DNA of 64,000 nucleotides from Dudresnaya verticillata (Eukaryota): NCBI GenBank assembly GCA_977862235.1, contig OZ374562.1, positions 2,790,001 to 2,854,000 of the forward strand, read 5' to 3'. Shown piece by piece: positions 59,606 to 64,000 of this stretch (position 1 is its first letter; each line of letters starts with the position of its first letter). The notes under the pieces were generated by a model. It saw only the letters and a program-made list of their open reading frames with translations, ran no database searches and was not told where the DNA came from. The position numbers and the translations under genes were made by a program.

Positions 59606-61030
59606 CTATTCCACCATTGAAGCATGCATGCGTTTCGGTATTCCAATCACGCTCTTCGCGTTCTCAAGACTAAAGTCGGGATCCCTCAGTTTCCCACCTC
59701 CCTTCCTCTTGAAAATCCACAGACGTTTATCTCGTCCTTCGTATATATGTGCAGGCGATATACGTTTCCTTGAACGAAAGGCAGTGTCCACTGCTGCAAA
59801 AACATCTAACAGCTTGAAAGGCGAGTCAATCTTAATGTTCTCAACAAATCTCGCGACCTCCACTTCGAACGGCTCCTGTAACATTAGGCCCCCATATTTC
59901 TCCCCGCTCAAAGGCTGGATCCAGACACTAAGCCCACCAACATACCAATTCATGAATAGAATTAGTTGTGCGTATGTACATGAATCACTCGGGCTGATCC
60001 GGTCAAGGAAGGTCTTCTCCCTGACTCTTTTCCATTCCGTTGGATTTTCACTCGTCTCCACAGACCAGTTCTTTGACCAGCCATAGGAGAATGACGCTGA
60101 TGCACTGAAGACCTTTTCTACACTAACTTCAACTCCGACGCTGACAGAGGCTTCAAAGGACTGTTCACCTCCGTAAAGAGTAGTTTCCGCTAGCACGAAC
60201 TCCCTGTAATACAACCCTGAAGAGCCGTATCCACTGGATGACAGCTCGAACTTCCTGCCTTGGGCTTCTACAATGAAGCCCCCTGCCCCCATCAACTGGC
60301 GATAGATCCGCTTTTTCGCATTACTTACAATGTATTGCCCGGGGTCCAAGTTTTGTCTCACCGCAGCTATGTAATCCAAAAGAAACATTTGTTTTGCTCC
60401 CAACCATTGTGCCAGCACTTCAGCATCCCTCTTCGGGTCATCGAACAGAGTCTTTGCCCATTCCAAAGCTTTGTTGAAATCATGCTGAGCCTCTCCAGGC
60501 GGGTTCCTCACATCTTGACCCAGCACGGACACTATGCTGCGCAACAAGTACACGGTCCTTGACCACGCCGATCTGTGGTGCTTCCCTCCATTGGTATCAA
60601 ACCAGATAGCGATTGTCTCCGTCTCTTGGGTTGTGTCCGAAGTTAGCAACCCGGATCTCCATAACCTTTTGTACGAGTTGGGATCTTTATCTGGAAGTTG
60701 CCTTGCCATTTGAGTAGCAGTGCTATCTTCTATCTTTCCGAAATTGGCTTCTAGCACAGAATAATCGACATGTTGGGTAGATCTATCAACTAGGTCCTTG
60801 ACAGTGTAGTTGGCAGCATATATGCTGTTGTGGTCGCCCCACCACCTTGAACCCACGTTGTTTGGGTCATAGTGCATGATCTGAGAAGTGGCAGTATCAG
60901 ATAGAAATTCATTGTACGACTTCTTGGGCGGGGTTTCGAAGAAGGACACTTGAGCACAGCTCATGTGGATGAGGTAAGAAGAAACATCCGAAGAAAATGA
61001 GCTCTGCTTGGCGCGAATTCCAGTGCTCAT
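59606..61030 (-). CDS. P2 copy in the right palindrome arm
   Basis: Translation identical to 55622-57046. Confidence 0.85.
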   Translation of the reverse strand: MSTGIRAKQSSFSSDVSSYLIHMSCAQVSFFETPPKKSYNEFLSDTATSQIMHYDPNNVGSRWWGDHNSIYAANYTVKDLVDRSTQHVDYSVLEANFGKIEDSTATQMARQLPDKDPNSYKRLWRSGLLTSDTTQETETIAIWFDTNGGKHHRSAWSRTVYLLRSIVSVLGQDVRNPPGEAQHDFNKALEWAKTLFDDPKRDAEVLAQWLGAKQMFLLDYIAAVRQNLDPGQYIVSNAKKRIYRQLMGAGGFIVEAQGRKFELSSSGYGSSGLYYREFVLAETTLYGGEQSFEASVSVGVEVSVEKVFSASASFSYGWSKNWSVETSENPTEWKRVREKTFLDRISPSDSCTYAQLILFMNWYVGGLSVWIQPLSGEKYGGLMLQEPFEVEVARFVENIKIDSPFKLLDVFAAVDTAFRSRKRISPAHIYEGRDKRLWIFKRKGGGKLRDPDFSLENAKSVIGIPKRMHASMVE

Positions 61031-62875
61031 GTCGTCAGGACTGCCGTAAGAGAACTGTTCACAGGCAAAGACCAGACTGTGTCGGTGGGTGTGGAGGAAA
61101 GGAGAGTAGTACGGCAGTTGCTTTTCCAGAATTTAGACTTAGTTTCGGAGTTAAGTAGTGCCACGTAGGTACTTCGTAGGTAGCGTGTGCCAAAGGAGGG
61201 GAGGACTGTTGATTCAACTCTAGTGGGATCATGGTATTTCAAAGGCACGGTTGTGGACCGTTAGGTATCTGTGAAAGAGGAGACGACCATCATTATTGGT
61301 TCACTGGCAGATATTGCTCCAGCAGGGGTGGCAAGGTTTATCATGGTTCACATTGACGGGAGGGTTTTATGAAACGCACTGTATGATATATTGCTTCAAA
61401 ACGCCAACGTGGATGCCCAGCTTCACTTACTTGGAGCAGACGTGTGGCAGGCTCCATCGACATCCATTGCTCTTGCAGCTCTATTGTGGCAGCTGATGCA
61501 ATAACATGGACGGGTGGCTGTCGACATGGCGGGTGACGAAACTTCATGGTAATGTGTACAAACAGTTGCTCGCTTTGTTTTGCGCATAAACAGGTACTGG
61601 TGTCGTCGACGTCCTGCATGCCTGCCTGCCATGGCCTTCCAGTAGTCATCAGCGCGATGTTGGCGTGTGTACTTCAAGTTGTGACTGATGATGAAATGGA
61701 TATTTTGTATGCAGACAGAGAGAGAAAAGTATAAACCTTCTGCATGTAGCAATGCGCAGCACGCCATCTCAAGCCAATCAGATAGCGGTGGATAATATCT
61801 ACCGAAGAGCATGTCGAAAACGAGGCATTAGACATCTGAGGGTGTGGATGGGCACAGCACGGACGTTCCACATTCATTCTTCAGTGAGATGCTTCAATGC
61901 TCGCGAAGATATTGCATGCTGTATGTTACATGTTCAGAACAGCCGAACAACGTACAGACACTCCGTGATATAATAATGCTTCGATAAAGGAATTTGTGAT
62001 ATGGGAATACAGAATGCGAAAGTCATCTGCGGTGGCCCGCAAAACAGCCTACGTATGAGGGACAAATTGCTCGATAGTAAGAATACGACTGTATACATGA
62101 GGCAGAGTTTGCATTAGTAGCTCCCGCTAGCGGCTTCCAGCCGCGAACGAGAACAACGCATCGCTACAAAACATGTGAACAAACTGGAGAGAAGCTGAAT
62201 GCATCTCTGTTGCGAAATGGATTCTCGGTGTTTTGAAAGAGTGCTCCAGTACTTGCTCGAAATATTCCCCGAAGCTCGGTAAAGGAATATGGAGCTATCC
62301 ACACGGATTATTCTTACAATAAGGGTTGTCTGCAGTGTATGACTTGGGCACTATGCCCAGGCATGCCTGCGAGACACGCTGTATGACGAAAAAAGTTGCC
62401 GAAAATCCTCATCCCATCATTTCCGGATATTGAAGGTTCCTCAAGTTGCCCCGCCCTATGTCGGGTGCGCGCCGAGATCGAAAGCGGGAGCCGAGATGCA
62501 ACAGCCGCCCAGAGCCCAAAGGCCATGTGCTTCCAGTTTGTCGAATGCACGAGCCTCTTTTGCATCCATCTTGCGTGCGCTCATTGTCGCTCATTTCACC
62601 CAGAACCGCCCTGATTAACAAAGCCCGATGGAAAAGGTCCGGTGCAAATGGGGAGGCGGGCTTCACCTGCAGCACAGATCTAACACTCCGCTGTCACGTC
62701 GCACAATGCAATAGGGGATATATCGTAATGCGCACTGCTCCTCTTCTATATTGCAGCCCTCGCAGAAAAGTTGCCTACATATTCCTGACCGACTCGCTCC
62801 TTATCGCACTCGCGAATGCTACCCACTACCCTCTTCTCCCGCTAATACTTCTCTTGGAAAAACAATCCGCAAAAC

Positions 62876-64000
62876 ATGAGTGCCGGAGTTCGTTCCGCGC
62901 AGAGCGCCTTTTCGTCTGAGATCTCGTCCTACCTCATTCACATGAGCTCCGCTCAAATATCCTTCTTTGAAACCCCAGGCAAGAAGACCTACCATGAATT
63001 CCTTTCCGACATTGCTTCTTCCGAGATAATGCACTATGACCCAAACAACGTGGGTTCAAAGTGGTGGGGCGACCACGACAACCAATATGCTGCCAACTAC
63101 ACTGTCAAGGAACTCGTCGATAAATCCTGTAATCACGTGGATTCTTCCCTCTTAGAGTCCAATTTCGCCAAAATGGAAGAGAGCACTTCTATCCAGATGG
63201 TGAATACGTTGGGAGGAGAACGGGAAACCTATAACAAATTATGGAGATGTGGCTTGCTCTTCGGCGACACTGCTGCAGAGACGGAGAACCTCGCTATCTG
63301 GTTTGATACCCATGGCGGTAGGCCCCATAGATCAGCATGGTCAAGGACCGTCTACTTAATGCGGACAATATACTCCTTGTTGGGCAAAGACGTCCAGAAC
63401 CCGCCTGAATCCGCCAAGGGTTCCTTTGCCAATGCCTTGCAATGGGCAAAGACCTTGTTCGACGACCCAAGCAAAGACGGCGCAGTTCTGGCCCAATGGC
63501 GCGGAGCAAAGCAAATGTTCTTGCAAGACTACATTGCCGCAGTGAGACAGAATTTGGACCCCGGGCAGTATGCGGTGAGTATCGCGAAAAAGCGGATCTA
63601 CCATCAGCTGTTGGGAGCCGGAGGCTTCATTGTAGAGGCTCAAGGAAGGAAGTTTGAACTCTCCTCCTGCGGTTATGGGTCCTCAGGTCTTTACTACAGG
63701 GAATTCGTGCTCGCAGAAACGTTTACGGAGGGGGGAGAAAATTCTTTTGAGGCAACAATCAGCGCAGGGTTTGAAATCAGCGCCACATCACTCTTCAGTG
63801 CGTCAGCATCATTCTCCGCTGGCTGGTCAAAGAATTGGTCTGTGGAGACGAGTGAAAACCCGACAGAGTGGAAGATAGTTATGGAGAAGTCGTTCCTTGA
63901 CCGGATCAGTCCGAGCGCGACGTGTACGTTTGCCAGACTTATTCTGTTCATGAACTGGTACATTGGAGGTCTGAGTGAGTGGATTAGACCGTTGGACGAC
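62876..64000 (+). CDS. P1 copy in the right palindrome arm (cut by the window end)
   Basis: ATG AGT GCC GGA GTT at 62876 mirrors 53776. Confidence 0.85.
   Translation, partial: MSAGVRSAQSAFSSEISSYLIHMSSAQISFFETPGKKTYHEFLSDIASSEIMHYDPNNVGSKWWGDHDNQYAANYTVKELVDKSCNHVDSSLLESNFAKMEESTSIQMVNTLGGERETYNKLWRCGLLFGDTAAETENLAIWFDTHGGRPHRSAWSRTVYLMRTIYSLLGKDVQNPPESAKGSFANALQWAKTLFDDPSKDGAVLAQWRGAKQMFLQDYIAAVRQNLDPGQYAVSIAKKRIYHQLLGAGGFIVEAQGRKFELSSCGYGSSGLYYREFVLAETFTEGGENSFEATISAGFEISATSLFSASASFSAGWSKNWSVETSENPTEWKIVMEKSFLDRISPSATCTFARLILFMNWYIGGLSEWIRPLDD

Larger units (their letters stand above)
52652..64000. repeat. Large inverted repeat (palindrome): arms 52652-58215 and 58437-64000+, 221-bp spacer
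   Basis: Mirror ORFs have identical translations and coordinate sums of 116652; inner ends cagacggcttatccc / gggataagccgtctg; the right arm runs off the window. Confidence 0.97.

Overview
Eukaryotic, intron-poor genomic DNA, probably a florideophyte red alga (inferred from compact GC3-rich genes and the retroelement types; not verified). Contents from left to right. (1) 1-21 kb: a mosaic of local duplications carrying an A20/AN1 zinc-finger (stress-associated protein-like) gene cluster (4 intact-looking genes, 2 pseudogenes), two secreted Cys-rich protein genes, a decayed LINE, a solo LTR and two copies of a tRNA-like SINE candidate. (2) 22-36 kb: several orphan genes, including a small secreted repeat-peptide precursor and a frameshifted membrane-protein gene. 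(3) 37-49 kb: two nested, very young chromodomain Ty3/Gypsy elements. They share a conserved candidate -1 frameshift signal between protease and RT, a palindromic non-tRNA primer site, and DQG/WLDD catalytic variants. (4) A secreted GMC oxidoreductase gene. (5) 52.6-64 kb: an apparently perfect palindrome with arms of at least 5.5 kb, carrying four copies of two paralogous 474-aa orphan proteins that have an aerolysin-like amphipathic beta-hairpin.
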